Assembly (NCBI GenBank): GCA_964016885.1
Contig: OZ024742.1
Coordinates: 244,280,001-244,344,000, forward strand
Reading direction: 5' to 3'
DNA from: Eledone cirrhosa
Lineage: Eukaryota
DNA length: 64,000 nt
The notes beneath the pieces were generated by a model. It ran no database searches and was not told where the DNA came from. It saw nothing but the letters and a program-made list of their open reading frames with translations. Each line of letters starts with the position of its first letter. Position 1 is the stretch's first letter. Positions 52,070 through 64,000 of this stretch are shown piece by piece. Position numbers and translations under genes: made by a program.

Positions 52070-53410
52070 AGTCTCCCTCACATCGACCCAATAGAGGGAC
52101 CAGCAGTGCAAGTTGAAGGTAGTATAATAAGTAAGGCGTTCAAAGACATGGAGACGGGCAAGGCGGCCGGGCCTTCGGAAATAGTTGCCGAAATGCTGAA
52201 AGCATCTGGAACGGTGGGCCCTTAGAAAACTAGGTGTTGATGAATGGCTTGTGAGAGCTATACAAGCCATGTATAAAGAAACAGTCAGCAAGGTTAGAAT
52301 TAACAACGAATATAGTGAAGAGTTTAGCGTAAAAGTTGGTGTTCATCAGGGCTGTCCTTAGCCCCCTACTATTTATTATTGCCCTTCAGGCTATAACAGA
52401 GGAGTTCAAGACCGGCTGCCATGGGAACTCCTATATGCAGATGATCTAACGCTCATAGCTGAGTCAATGGCTGAACTAGAGAAGAAATTCCAAACATGGA
52501 AGCATGGCCTAGAATCAAAAGGCCTTAAAGTTAACTTGTCTAAGACTAAAGTTCTAGTTTGTAGAAAGGAAAATAGGGCACCGGTCCCATCTGGGAAATG
52601 GCCATGCTCAGTGTGTAGGAAAGGAGTAGGTAGAAACTCCATTTTATGTCCCAAATGCAAAGTATGGGTACATAAAAGATATAGTGGGATCACAGGTAAG
52701 CTAACTAAGAATATAGATTTTATATGTGGCCGGTGCTCTGGTGCAATAAGTAGCAGCAAGTGCCCACAGAATACTAACTCATTCCATTGCACAGATGGTT
52801 CTATAGAAATAGTGGACAGCTTCCGTTACCTGGGTGACAAAATCAGCAGTGGGGGAGGGTGCTCTGAAAGTACAGTAGCTAGAGTCAGAACAGGATGGAA
52901 AAAGTTCAGAGAGTTTATACCACTATTGGCTGCTAAAGGGTTCTCTCTAAAAATGAAAGGCAGGCTGTATGATGCCTGCATACGAACAGCAATGTTACAT
53001 GGCAGTGAGACCTGGGCATTGTGTGCAGAGGATATTTGCAGACTGGAGAGAAACGAAGCTTGCTTGCTCCGCTGGATGTGTAATAGTAATATACGTGAAC
53101 GGCAAAGCATAAACAAACTAAGGGAGAAATTAGGAATAAGAGGGATCAGATGTTGTTTACTCGAGAGAAGACTACGTTGGTATGGTCACGTGATGCGCAT
53201 GAAAGATGACAGCTGTATAAAAAAGTGCAGGGCAATAAAAATAGACGGTAGCCACGGATTAGGCAGACCCAGAAAAACCTGGGACGACTTGATAAATTCC
53301 GACCACACACAGTTATACCTCTCCAAGACAATGTCACTGGACCGAGATCTTTGGCGCTACACAGTAATAGAGAAGACCCGCCTTACCTAAGTGCAAAGTG
53401 AAACCTACTA
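52070..53410 (+). mobile_element. RTE LINE fragment with an uninterrupted 307-codon C-terminal part (52467-53390)
   Basis: LLYADDL, CSVCRKGVGRNSILCPKCKVWVHKRYSGI...CGRC, SFRYLGD, LHGSETW and LRWYGHVMR. The upstream part is deleted and frameshifted. Confidence 0.92.
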
Positions 53411-53539
53411 CAGTCAGTAGGCACCTCTAACAAAATACACCCCCGTCCCACTACCTCCACCCCATCCACAACACCCTTTCAATGTAAAGTTATGTTGGTA
53501 CCACAACATCCAGTCCGAAACAAATGAGGTCGTGTAGGT

Positions 53540-53759
53540 GTCACGACAAAAAAAACACACAGTCCACGCTGTAGTGTGGCCGTGTAGGCAACACGGTAAA
53601 AACCTCCCAGTCCACACTGTAAATGTGGTTGGTGTTAGGAAGGGCATCCAGCCGTAGAAAACCCACCAGACAGTCCTATGCGAGCAAGACAACCACTCTT
53701 GCCTCAAGTGGGAAAACTCCCGTCCAAACCCATGCAAACGTGGAATATGGATGTTAAAC

Positions 53760-53790
<31 letters not shown>
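53540..53790 (+). mobile_element. Meta-like SINE with (ATG)n tail
   Basis: GTGGTTGGTGTTAGGAAGGGCATCCAGCCGTAGAAA, preceded by two CAGTCCAC(A/G)CTGTA modules. Confidence 0.8.
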
Positions 53791-53792
<2 letters not shown>

Positions 53793-53869
53793 ATATATAT
53801 TCCCAAACATACACCTAGTAGGCATCTCTTAACCACTATACCCCCACCCACCCTCTCCTGTTCACACCA

Positions 53870-54116
53870 CCCTTACACTGTGAACAAAATATATCCAGCC
53901 CACATTGTGAAGTGGTCATGTAGGAGTCACTGCCAAAAGCACCCAGCCCACACGGCAAATGTGGTTGGCGTTAGGAAGGGCATCCATCTGTAGAAGCCTA
54001 GCCAGAAACAGTCCTATATGAGCGAGACACAGTCACCCGGCCCAACTTGCTTCAAATGGGACAAACCACTCTAATCCATGCTAGCATGGAAAATGGGCAT
54101 TAAACAATGATGCTGA
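53870..54116 (+). mobile_element. Meta-like SINE
   Basis: GTGGTTGGCGTTAGGAAGGGCATCCATCTGTAGAAG...CCATGCTAGCATGGAAAA. Confidence 0.78.
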
Positions 54117-54129
54117 TAGATATATATAT

Positions 54130-54218
<89 letters not shown>

Positions 54219-54737
54219 TGTAATAAACAACATAAGGCAATTATTCCATTTACCAGTGGTTTCTTAAAAGCAAAAAATTTTGCTTTCAATCATCAGAATG
54301 AAAAAATCCTGGTCTGTTTATTGAATTTGGATTTTAATATATATATACATATATCATACACATGAACAAACACTTAGATTATTTTCGAACCATGCCACCT
54401 ACATTCACACCACATATAAACACAAACACACACGTGCGTATCTCCACATACACACACTCAGCCTCCGGACTCCACACGCCCCCTCCCCACCCCTCTCCAT
54501 CCACACACACGCACACACCGACTTACACCCCACGTACACACTGGTTTCCCTTTTACCTGAACATGGAACCTCGTTCTTCCCCCAACTCTCACATTCACAT
54601 ACATACACACACACACACGTACACCTACACCCATACACAAACACCACTTTCAGCCCTCCCCGCTCGGACCCCCCCCCCCTCCCCTCCTCTCCTCCTCCCA
54701 CCAACACCCTACACGCCTCACACCCTTTCACCCCTTG

Positions 54738-54911
54738 TTTATTTTTGTTTTTATTTTTATTTTATTTTTATTTTTATTTTTATTTTTATTTTTATTTTTA
54801 TTTTTATTTTTATTTTTATTTTTATTTTTATTTTTATTTTTATTTTTATTTTTATTTTTATTTTTATTTTTATTTTTATTTTTATTTTTATTTTTATTTT
54901 TATTTTTATTT
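54738..54911. repeat. (TTTTTA)n microsatellite
   Basis: Direct inspection. Confidence 0.95.
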
Positions 54912-55031
54912 GTACTTTTAAAAAATTTCCTTTACTCTTTAAAAATTGTTTTTCCTACCTTCCCCCCCTTTTAATGTCTTTCCACCACTCCCCCACACAC
55001 CCTCGGAACTCTCTTCGTACCCACTGTTCTT

Positions 55032-55059
55032 CTGATGAAGGGCTTATACCCGGAACGTC
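55032..55059 (+). ncRNA. Minimal hammerhead-like core (mutated), Penelope-like
   Basis: CTGATGA-A-GGG-CTTATA-CCC-GGAAC-GTC, with GAAAC changed to GGAAC. Same architecture as 14649-14676. Confidence 0.45.
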
Positions 55060-55395
55060 CCCCCCACTCTCAAGCGTGAAACTAAAAACCATATCGTTTG
55101 TACTGCCTCTCTGTTTGTTGTTCTCTGTTCATTTCAACTATATATATATATACACATATACAGTAAATATTAGCAAAGGCCATATGAAGTTGTGCATAAA
55201 TTTATTCAGCTATTATATATATTTCTCTGGAGTTGATGTTTAGGTTGTGTTATTACCACTTAACCCTTGACCCAAGTTCATCAGATGGTATTCAAAGTTA
55301 AAGCAACTTCTATAGTTTATCAATATGAAGGCCGGTATTGAGCCTTTTCACATCTAGCTGGCCAGCCCCTCTATATGTACATATATATATATGTA

Positions 55396-55655
55396 TCCAG
55401 GGAGTGTAACACAAGTTACTGTAGATTCACCTAGGTGAGCACTCATGTTTAGGTTCATGTCGGTATCGACAGAGTGTAATATAATAAAACAAGGACAAAT
55501 GGTTACTCCTTCATTACGTTTATTGGTTGGTGATGCGTGTTTCACTATTGATCAGCTCAAGGTTCGATCTGTATCTAGCTGATCAATAGCGAAACGCACG
55601 TCACCAACCAATAAACGTAATGCAGGAGCAACCATTCATCCTTGTTTTATTATAT
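55396..55655. mobile_element. Foldback element, copy 2 (arms of about 78 bp), in (TA)n
   Basis: Same head (AGGGAGTGTAAC...TTCACCTAGGTGAGCACTC). Arms at about 55479-55557 and 55577-55654. Confidence 0.82.
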
Positions 55656-56079
55656 ATATATATATTTATATATATATATATATAAGTTAAAACAATGAAA
55701 TAAAAAATCAAGTCATTAGAGATATACTTCACTGCTTTATGATCGTTTCTAGATGGTAATAATACATTGTATCTATACTCAGTTATTGATCTAAGTAAGT
55801 TTACAAACTATCAGATAGAGAGAATATTTACTTACATGCATATCACCAGCTGTTTTCAAAAGCAACATTTTCAACATATGGATTACATTGAGTTCTTCAT
55901 ACAGAATAGACCTCACAACTTACAGTGGATAACTCTGTGTAAATATATATATATATATATGTACACTCTATATTACCCACTCTATTACGCTAAGTATTGA
56001 GTTCTCTGGTGCGTTATGGTCCACCTGGTATTTTACCCCTCCCTCTTTGTTCTTTATATATATATATGAATTTCATATA

Positions 56080-56550
56080 TCTAAAGATATACCAGTATGT
56101 TTAATAAATAAACATTTTGAAAGCTCACCGATGAACATTGGAAGGCTGACGGCCAGCGTTGTCTAATGGATTCCAGCAGAAACAGCGGGGGACAACTGTC
56201 TATGTACATTTCGAGCTGCTGGATCTCATCAGGGCAATGCTTCCCCTACACTCTGCTGGAACTTGAAACAGACGGAAATATGTAGTTTTTTTTCACCTGT
56301 GTAGGTGGGATGATTAGCATCAGTTGTATATGAAACTGTATAAGTTGGCTCAACTTAAAAGTAGAATTAAAATTTAGCTTCGGCATAGCTGTATACATAC
56401 TTGTATATGAATTTTCTACATCTAAAGACACAGTATGTTTAATAAATAAACATTTTGAAAGGTGAGCTATGAATATTGAAAGGCTGATGGCCAGCGCCAT
56501 CTAGCAGAAGCAGTGGGGGACAACTGTCTATGCACATTTTGGGCTGCTGG
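56080..56550. repeat. Two direct repeats of about 130-140 bp (56080-56222 and 56420-56550)
   Basis: Both contain CTAAAGA..CAGTATGTTTAATAAATAAACATTTTGAAAG...TGGAAGGCTGA.GGCCAGCG-like...GGGGGACAACTGTCTATG.ACATTT.G.GCTGCTGG. Confidence 0.85.
56195..56239 (-). ncRNA. Candidate minimal type I hammerhead ribozyme
   Basis: Minus strand ATTGCC-CTGATGA-GA-TCCAGCAGC-TC-GAAA-TGTACA-TA-GACAGT. The core is intact, stem III is palindromic (ATGTACAT), the triplet is AUA and stem I pairs at 5 of 6 positions. Confidence 0.6.
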
Positions 56551-57289
56551 CCATTAGCCTCTCCATCCTGTATCAACTCTTATTTGGAATGTCTAATCTC
56601 CTAGAAATGCTGTCTTCACTATGGCTTACAGAGCCCACATCTGCCTCATATATATATATATAAATATCATCATCACCGTTTCATGTTTGTTTTTCATGCT
56701 TGCATGGGTTATACAGATTGTCACCACGTTCTGAGGCCAGGCAGGTCAAATGACTGCATCTCATTCATACATTACATTTTGACTTGGTTTCTACAGCTAG
56801 ATGCCCTTCCTAATGCTAACCACTTCAGGGATGTTTTATTGTGGCACTGCCACTACCCTCTGACAGGGTAGGCTGGGTGCTTTTTATAGTGGCACCAGCA
56901 CTATCACTTTACATAGTGTATTTTATTGTGGCGCCCACACTACCACTTTTCGGCACTATAGCTGGAAGGCAATGAAAGGAATCGAGGGAGAAGCTAAATG
57001 TTGCTCTCCTGTTTGTGTGGGAAAGTGAGTCTTCTGTAGTACAGCAACTCACCAATTGACTTGATCCTGTATCATCTCCTTCATAAGGTCAACCTTTACC
57101 CCATTATCCCAAGGTTTTCTCAGTTTCCACTATCATTGAGTTCTCTGCATTTCCTTATGTAGCTGTCATCCTCCATATGCAATACATCTATACCAATGCT
57201 GTTTTCTCTCTTGTATACTAAATATAATCTGTCTTATACTTAGTTTTTCTATTACTTCATAATGGCTTTGTTATTCTTGCACAATTGAT

Positions 57290-57550
57290 TCTGCCTGGTC
57301 ATGAAATTAACTTGTAAGTGGCTGAGCATTCTATACACATGTGCACCCTTAATGTAGTTCTAATGGAAATTCAGCATGGCTAGCCCTTTGAATCACAGGT
57401 GCAAATCACTTTTGCCAGCTGAGAGGACTACAGCAATGTGAAACAAAGTGTCTTGCTCAATGACACAATGCATTGCCCAGTCCAGAAATCAAACTCAGGA
57501 TCTTATATTCATAAGCTGAACACCTTAACCACTAGGCCACATGTCTTCAA
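57290..57550 (-). mobile_element. CORE-like SINE
   Basis: CAATGTGAAACAAAGTGTCTTGCTCAATGACAC plus the reverse complement of a tRNA head. Confidence 0.68.
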
Positions 57551-57559
57551 CAATGCTAT

Positions 57560-59980
57560 TACATATCCATCAGAGCATGCTCGCCTCGTTTCTCTTCTAG
57601 TGTTGTAAATCCTCTGTGTAAATCCTCTGTGTAAATTGCTGCATCACAATTCTCACACAGGCATCATACAATCTGCCTTCCATCATCTTTCCTTCTTAAT
57701 AGGAGTTGAGGCCTTCCAAGCCCAGATTTTATTTCCAAGACATTTCTTCTTTAGTTTCTCTAGAGATTCAGCTATGATAACTAGATTAACATCATATAGA
57801 AGTTCCCAAGAGCACCCAGTCTTGAAAACCTCCCTTATGTCCTGGAGACCTATAATAAAGAGGAAGTGGCTAAGGACAGAACCCTGCTGGAGCCCCATCT
57901 ACATACTAAATTCTTCACTATATTCATGCTTAACTTTCACTTTGCTGACTGAATCTCTGGACATGAATTGTAGAGCTCTCCTCTGCTACTCATTTATCTC
58001 TAATTTCCTAAGAGCCCACCATATGGAGCAAGGTATCTTGTCAAATACTTTCTCTAGATCAACAAATATCAGCTAAAATTACTTAATCTTATCAAAGTAT
58101 TTCTCCTGTAGTTGTCTCACAAGGGATCATCAATGGTACTACTTCGCACAAAGCTGAACTGTGTCTCATCTAGATTAACTTTATCCCCAATCAGTTGTAC
58201 TATAACCCTTTTACCCTGTCTAGTGTATTTTCTTTTTTCTTTGCCCTTGTATCAGTTGACAATGATGCTGCTCTGCCATTCTGTATTACTTGCTTCACAA
58301 TATGCATGGTTAACATATGGCCCACCATTCCAGATGCTTTCAGCATTTCAGCATTTCAGCAACTATCTTTGATGGTCCAGCAGCTTTGTCTGTCTTTATA
58401 TCCTGGCCTTATTTACCACTAGGCATTAAGACATCGGATAGAATGCTTCACGGAATTCATCCCACCTCATTGTGCGCTGTGAGTTCAAATCCTACCGTGG
58501 TCAACTTTGTTTTTCATCCTTTCTAGGTCGATAAAAAACATACTAATCAAGTACTGGGGTCAATTCTTCCTCTATAGAAAAAGTCGGCTGTGTTCAGACC
58601 TGGAGAGGGTTGGGCTCTGCCAGGTTTAAAAGTGCCCTAGACACACCATATGATGGTGCCTCTACGACTCCACAAAGAGTTATAGGATCTTTATCCTTAT
58701 CCTTATTTACCACACTCTTGCAAACTTGGATGGCTGGTCCCTCTGTTGTGTCTGTTTGGAGCAGACTATCTTTTTTCCATACATTCTCTTCATTCAACAA
58801 TCTCTAAAAATGGCACTTCCATGCTTCTTTCTTTTCAGCATCAGTGAGGGCAAGCATGCCACTATCATTCTAAACTTCTCTCCAACAATATCTTGATTTT
58901 CCATGACACACTGCCTTGCAAACTTGAATACTTCACACTTTAGGTCCTCACAACATAAAATATGTACAAACTTCTTACTTCCCACTTTCCACTTCCCACC
59001 TTGCAGAGTATACCCAATGTTTAGCTTTTCTCCTTGCTTCTTAGTATTGTTATCTGCATCTCCTATTCTGTCAATCTTTCCATGCCTGTTTCTTAGTCTT
59101 AATTATCTCATCCTCCTTAGTATTCCATCACCAAGTCATCTTCTTTTGCCTTGTAGCCTTGCTCCAGCCTTAGATCTTCTGTTTGTGGCCTTCAGCAGAT
59201 CATCTCTCAGGATCTTCCACTGTTCCTCTATGTTGTAAGTTTCTGTCTTCAATTCCATGTCAAGTAAGGCATCTCAACTTCCATGTCCTTTTCCTTTAAG
59301 TTTCTTTCTGTTCCGAAGTTCATCTAGCTCTAACTATAAAGTCACTAACTACTAGGTTATGCTGAGATGTGCACTCCTCACCAGAGAGGGACTTTACGTT
59401 TACAACCATCAGTTTTTTTTTAACCTCTGAGGAGGATTAAACCTACTTCGTTAGTGTGCTCACCTGGTTTATAGCTGATCAACTGGCTGGAGGGTTTTCT
59501 GAAAATTGTGATGCAGATAGTCAGATCATTGGCAGAAGCTAAAGCTTCTGAGGATTCCATACAAGCTATCACAATGTTGCCCAATATGTCTATTACAGTC
59601 ACTATTAAGATGACAGTGTCATTTTTTAGAGAAGCAGCTTGCATTAGGAACTTGTAAAAGTTGTATTTCAGTTCATCTGGCAGTTTAGATTGGGGTGTAT
59701 ATGCAGAGGTATTGTCACAGTTGTTCTAACTAAGATTAATCTAAGCTTAATGTTTCTTTAACAACCTCAATTACTTTATCAACATACTTTTCTTCTAACA
59801 GAATACCTGCTTCACTTAGAAATATTTCTAGCATTATTCTTTGGCCATGAGGAGTTTAGCTATTGATTTATACTTGGTTTACAATCATCAAGTCATGAAT
59901 TTGATTTCTGGTGGCAAGTTGTGTTTAACAACCCACAGGGGGTTTAGCTGATGCTCCTCTCCACCAAGTCTTTTATACAC
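57560..59980 (-). mobile_element. Old RTE LINE (EN to RT), heavily degenerate, with a SINE inserted near 58430-58565
   Basis: GLQQGSVLSHFLFII...WELLYDVNLVIIAES, VFKFARQCVMENQDIVGEK and TTEGPAIQV. The EN N-terminus VVDMCCV*KTWWRGASAK lies at about 59943-59996. Confidence 0.85.
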
Positions 59981-62900
59981 AACACATATCCACTACCTTG
60001 TACTCTAGTACCTCTACCGTCTCTCCTCCAACACATATCCACTACCTTGTACTCTAGTATCTCTACAATCTCTCCTCCAACACATATCCACTACCTTGTA
60101 CTCTAGTACCTCTACCGTCTCTCCTCCAACACATATCCACTACCTTGTACTCTAGTATCTCTACAATCTCTCCTCCAACACATATCCACTACCTTGTACT
60201 CTAGTACCTCTACCGTCTCTCCTCCAACACATATCCACTACCTTGTACTCTAGTATCTCTACAATCTCTCCTCCAACACATATCCACTACCTTGTACTCT
60301 AGTACCTCTACCGTCTCTCCTCCAACACATATCCACTACCTTGTACTCTAGTATCTCTACAGTCTCTCCTCCAACACATATCCACTACCTTGTACTCTAG
60401 TATCTCTACAATCTCTCCTCCAACACATATCCACTAACTTGTACTCTAGTATCTCTACAGTCTCTCCTCCAACACATATCCACTACTTTGTACTCTAGTA
60501 TCTCTACAATCTCTCCTCCAACATATATCCACTACCTTGTACTCTAGTATCTCTACAGTCTCTCCTCCAACACATATCCACTACCTTGTACTCTAGTATC
60601 TCTACAATCTCTCCTCCAACACATATCCACTACCTTGTACTCTAGTACCTCTACAATCTCTCCCCCAAGACATATCCACTACCTTGTACTCTAGTATCTC
60701 TACAATCTCTCCTCCAATACATATCCACTACCTTGTACTCTAGTACCTCTACAATCTCTCCTCCAATACATATCCACTACCTTGTACTCTAGTATCTCTA
60801 CAATCTCTCCTCCAATACATATCCACTACCTTGTACTCTAGTATCTCTACAATCTCTCCTCCAACACATATCCACTACCTTGTACTCTAGTACCTCTACA
60901 ATCTCTCCTCCAACACATATCCACTACCTTGTACTCTAGTATCTCTACAGTCTCTCCTCCAACACATATCCACTACCTTGTACTCTAGTACCTCTACAAT
61001 CTCTCCTCCAACACATATCCACTACCTTATACTCTAGTATCTCTACAATCTCTCCTCCAACACATATCCACTACCTTGTACTCTAGTATCTCTACAATCT
61101 CTCCTCCAACACATATCCACTACCTTGTACTCTAGTATCTCTACAGTCTCTCCTCCAACACATATCCACTACCTTGTACTCTAGCACCTCTACAATCTTT
61201 CCTCCAATACATATCCACTACCTTGTACTCTAGTACCTCTATAATCTCTCCTCCAACACATATCCACTACCTTGTACTCTAGTATCTCTACAATCTCTCC
61301 TCCAATACATATCCACTACCTTGTACTCTAGTACCTCTACAATCTCTCTTCCAAGACATATCCACTACCTTGTACTCTAGTATCTCTACAATCTCTCCTC
61401 CAACACATATCCACTACCTTGTACTCTAGTACCTCTACAATCACTCCTCCAACACATATCCACTACCTTGTACTCTAGTATCTCTACAGTCTCTCCTCCA
61501 ACACATATCCACTACCTTGTACTCTAGTATCTCTACAATCTCTCCTCCAACACATATGCACTACCTTGTACTCTAGTACCTCTACAATCTCTCCTCCAAC
61601 ACATATCCACTACCTTGTACTCTAGTATCTCTACAATCTCTCCTCCAACACATATCCAGTACCTTGTACTCTAGCACCTCTACAATCTTTCCTCCAATAC
61701 ATATCCACTACCTTGTACTCTAGTACCTCTACAATCTCTCCTGCAACACATATCCACTAACTTGTACTCTAGTATCTCTACAATCTCTCCTCCAATACAT
61801 ATCCACTACCTTGTACTCTAGTACCTCTACAATCTCTCCTCCAACACATATCCACTACCTTGTACTCTAGCACCTCTACAATCTTTCCTCCAATACATAT
61901 CCACTACCTTGTACTCTAGTACCTCTACAATCTCTCCTGCAACACATATCCACTACCTTGTACTCTAGTATCTCTACAATCTCTCCTCCAATACATATCC
62001 ACTACCTTGTACTCTAGTATCTCTACAATCTCTCCTCCAATACATATCCACTACCTTGTACTCTAGTATCTCTACAATCTCTCCTCCAATACATATCCAC
62101 TACCTTGTACTCTAGTATCTCTACAATCTCTCCTCCAACACATATCCACTACCTTGTACTCTAGTACCTCTACAATCTCTCCTCCAACACATATCCACTA
62201 CCTTGTACTCTAGTATCTCTACAGTCTCTCCTCCAACACATATCCACTACCTTGTACTCTAGTACCTCTACAATCTCTCCTCCAACACATATCCACTACC
62301 TTATACTCTAGTATCTCTACAATCTCTCCTCCAACACATATCCACTACCTTGTACTCTAGTATCTCTACAATCTCTCCTCCAACACATATCCACTACCCT
62401 GTACTCTAGTATCTCTACAGTCTCTCCTCCAACACATATCCACTACCTTGTACTCTAGCACCTCTACAATCTTTCCTCCAATACATATCCACTACCTTGT
62501 ACTCTAGTACCTCTACAATCTCTCCTGCAACACATATCCACTAACTTGTACTCTAGTATCTCTACAATCTCTCCTCCAATACATATCCACTACCTTGTAC
62601 TCTAGTACCTCTACAATCTCTCCCCCAAGACATATCCACTACCTTGTACTCTAGTATCTCTACAATCTCTCCTCCAATACATATCCACTACCTTGTACTC
62701 TAGTACCTCTACAATCTCTCCTCCAATACATATCCACTACCTTGTACTCTAGTATCTCTACAATCTCTCCTCCAATACATATCCACTACCATGTACTCTA
62801 GTATCTCTACAATCTCTCCTCCAACACATATCCACTACCTTGTACTCTAGTACCTCTACAATCTCTCCTCCAACACATATCCACTACCTTGTACTCTAGT

Positions 62901-64000
62901 ATCTCTACAGTCTCTCCTCCAACACATATCCACTACCTTGTACTCTAGTACCTCTACAATCTCTCCTGCAACACATATCCACTAACTTGTACTCTAGTAT
63001 CTCTACAATCTCTCCTCCAATACATATCCACTACCTTGTACTCTAGTACCTCTACAATCTCTCCCCCAAGACATATCCACTACCTTGTACTCTAGTATCT
63101 CTACAATCTCTCCTCCAATACATATCCACTACCTTGTACTCTAGTACCTCTACAATCTCTCCTCCAATACATATCCACTACCTTGTACTCTAGTATCTCT
63201 ACAATCTCTCCTCCAATACATATCCACTACCTTGTACTCTAGTATCTCTACAATCTCTCCTCCAACACATATCCACTACCTTGTACTCTAGTACCTCTAC
63301 AATCTCTCCTCCAACACATATCCACTACCTTGTACTCTAGTATCTCTACAGTCTCTCCTCCAACACATATCCACTACCTTGTACTCTAGTACCTCTACAA
63401 TCTCTCCTCCAACACATATCCACTACCTTATACTCTAGTATCTCTACAATCTCTCCTCCAACACATATCCACTACCTTGTACTCTAGTATCTCTAGAATC
63501 TCTCCTCCAACACATATCCACTACCCTGTACTCTAGTATCTCTACAGTCTCTCCTCCAACACATATCCACTACCTTGTACTCTAGCACCTCTACAATCTT
63601 TCCTCCAATACATATCCACTACCTTGTACTCTAGTACCTCTACAATCTCTCCTGCAACACATATCCACTAACTTGTACTCTAGTATCTCTACAATCTCTC
63701 CTCCAATACATATCCACTACCTTGTACTCTAGTACCTCTACAATCTCTCCCCCAAGACATATCCACTACCTTGTACTCTAGTATCTCTACAATCTCTCCT
63801 CCAATACATATCCACTACCTTGTACTCTAGTACCTCTACAATCTCTCCTCCAATACATATCCACTACCTTGTACTCTAGTATCTCTACAATCTCTCCTCC
63901 AATACATATCCACTACCTTGTACTCTAGTATCTCTACAATCTCTCCTCCAACACATATCCACTACCTTGTACTCTAGTACCCATACAATCTCTCCTCCAA
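59981..64000. repeat. Satellite array, 49-bp unit, at least 82 copies, running off the window end
   Basis: Unit AACACATATCCACTACCTTGTACTCTAGTATCTCTACAATCTCTCCTCC, period 49 (59981 to 60030). Confidence 0.97.

Noticed and set aside
52467-53390. 307-aa ORF as a host or domesticated gene
   Set aside because: It is the C-terminal part of an RTE ORF with a deleted, frameshifted upstream region and a substituted zinc-ligand Cys (HKRY).
54362-55243. 293-aa ORF
   Set aside because: It is low-complexity CA-, C- and TTTTTA-rich sequence with no domain.

Overview
AT-rich, repeat-saturated eukaryotic DNA, most likely an intronic or intergenic region of a coleoid cephalopod (octopus-like). That assignment is inferred from the SINE repertoire, the (TA)n/(CA)n/(AGAT)n/(ATG)n microsatellites and the RTE, Dong/R4 and Tx1 LINEs. 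No host protein-coding gene can be supported. The window holds several decayed RTE LINEs with a PHD-like zinc finger inside the RT, one Gypsy element with a 3' LTR, a Tx1/L1-type LINE plus two Tx1 3' ends (all in microsatellites), an R4/Dong endonuclease fragment, mariner remnants, three piggyBac-like TTAA MITEs, a pogo/Tc2-like MITE, a small Helitron and three SINE families. It also has five tandem arrays (56, 48, 96, 19 and 49 bp units), at least three of which visibly derive from pieces of retroelements. The most unusual signal is four hammerhead-ribozyme-like motifs. One has a greatly extended stem II and belongs to a (TA)n-embedded family whose other two copies are long foldback palindromes, suggesting a Penelope- or retrozyme-like non-autonomous element. 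All calls are by eye, and many boundaries are approximate.
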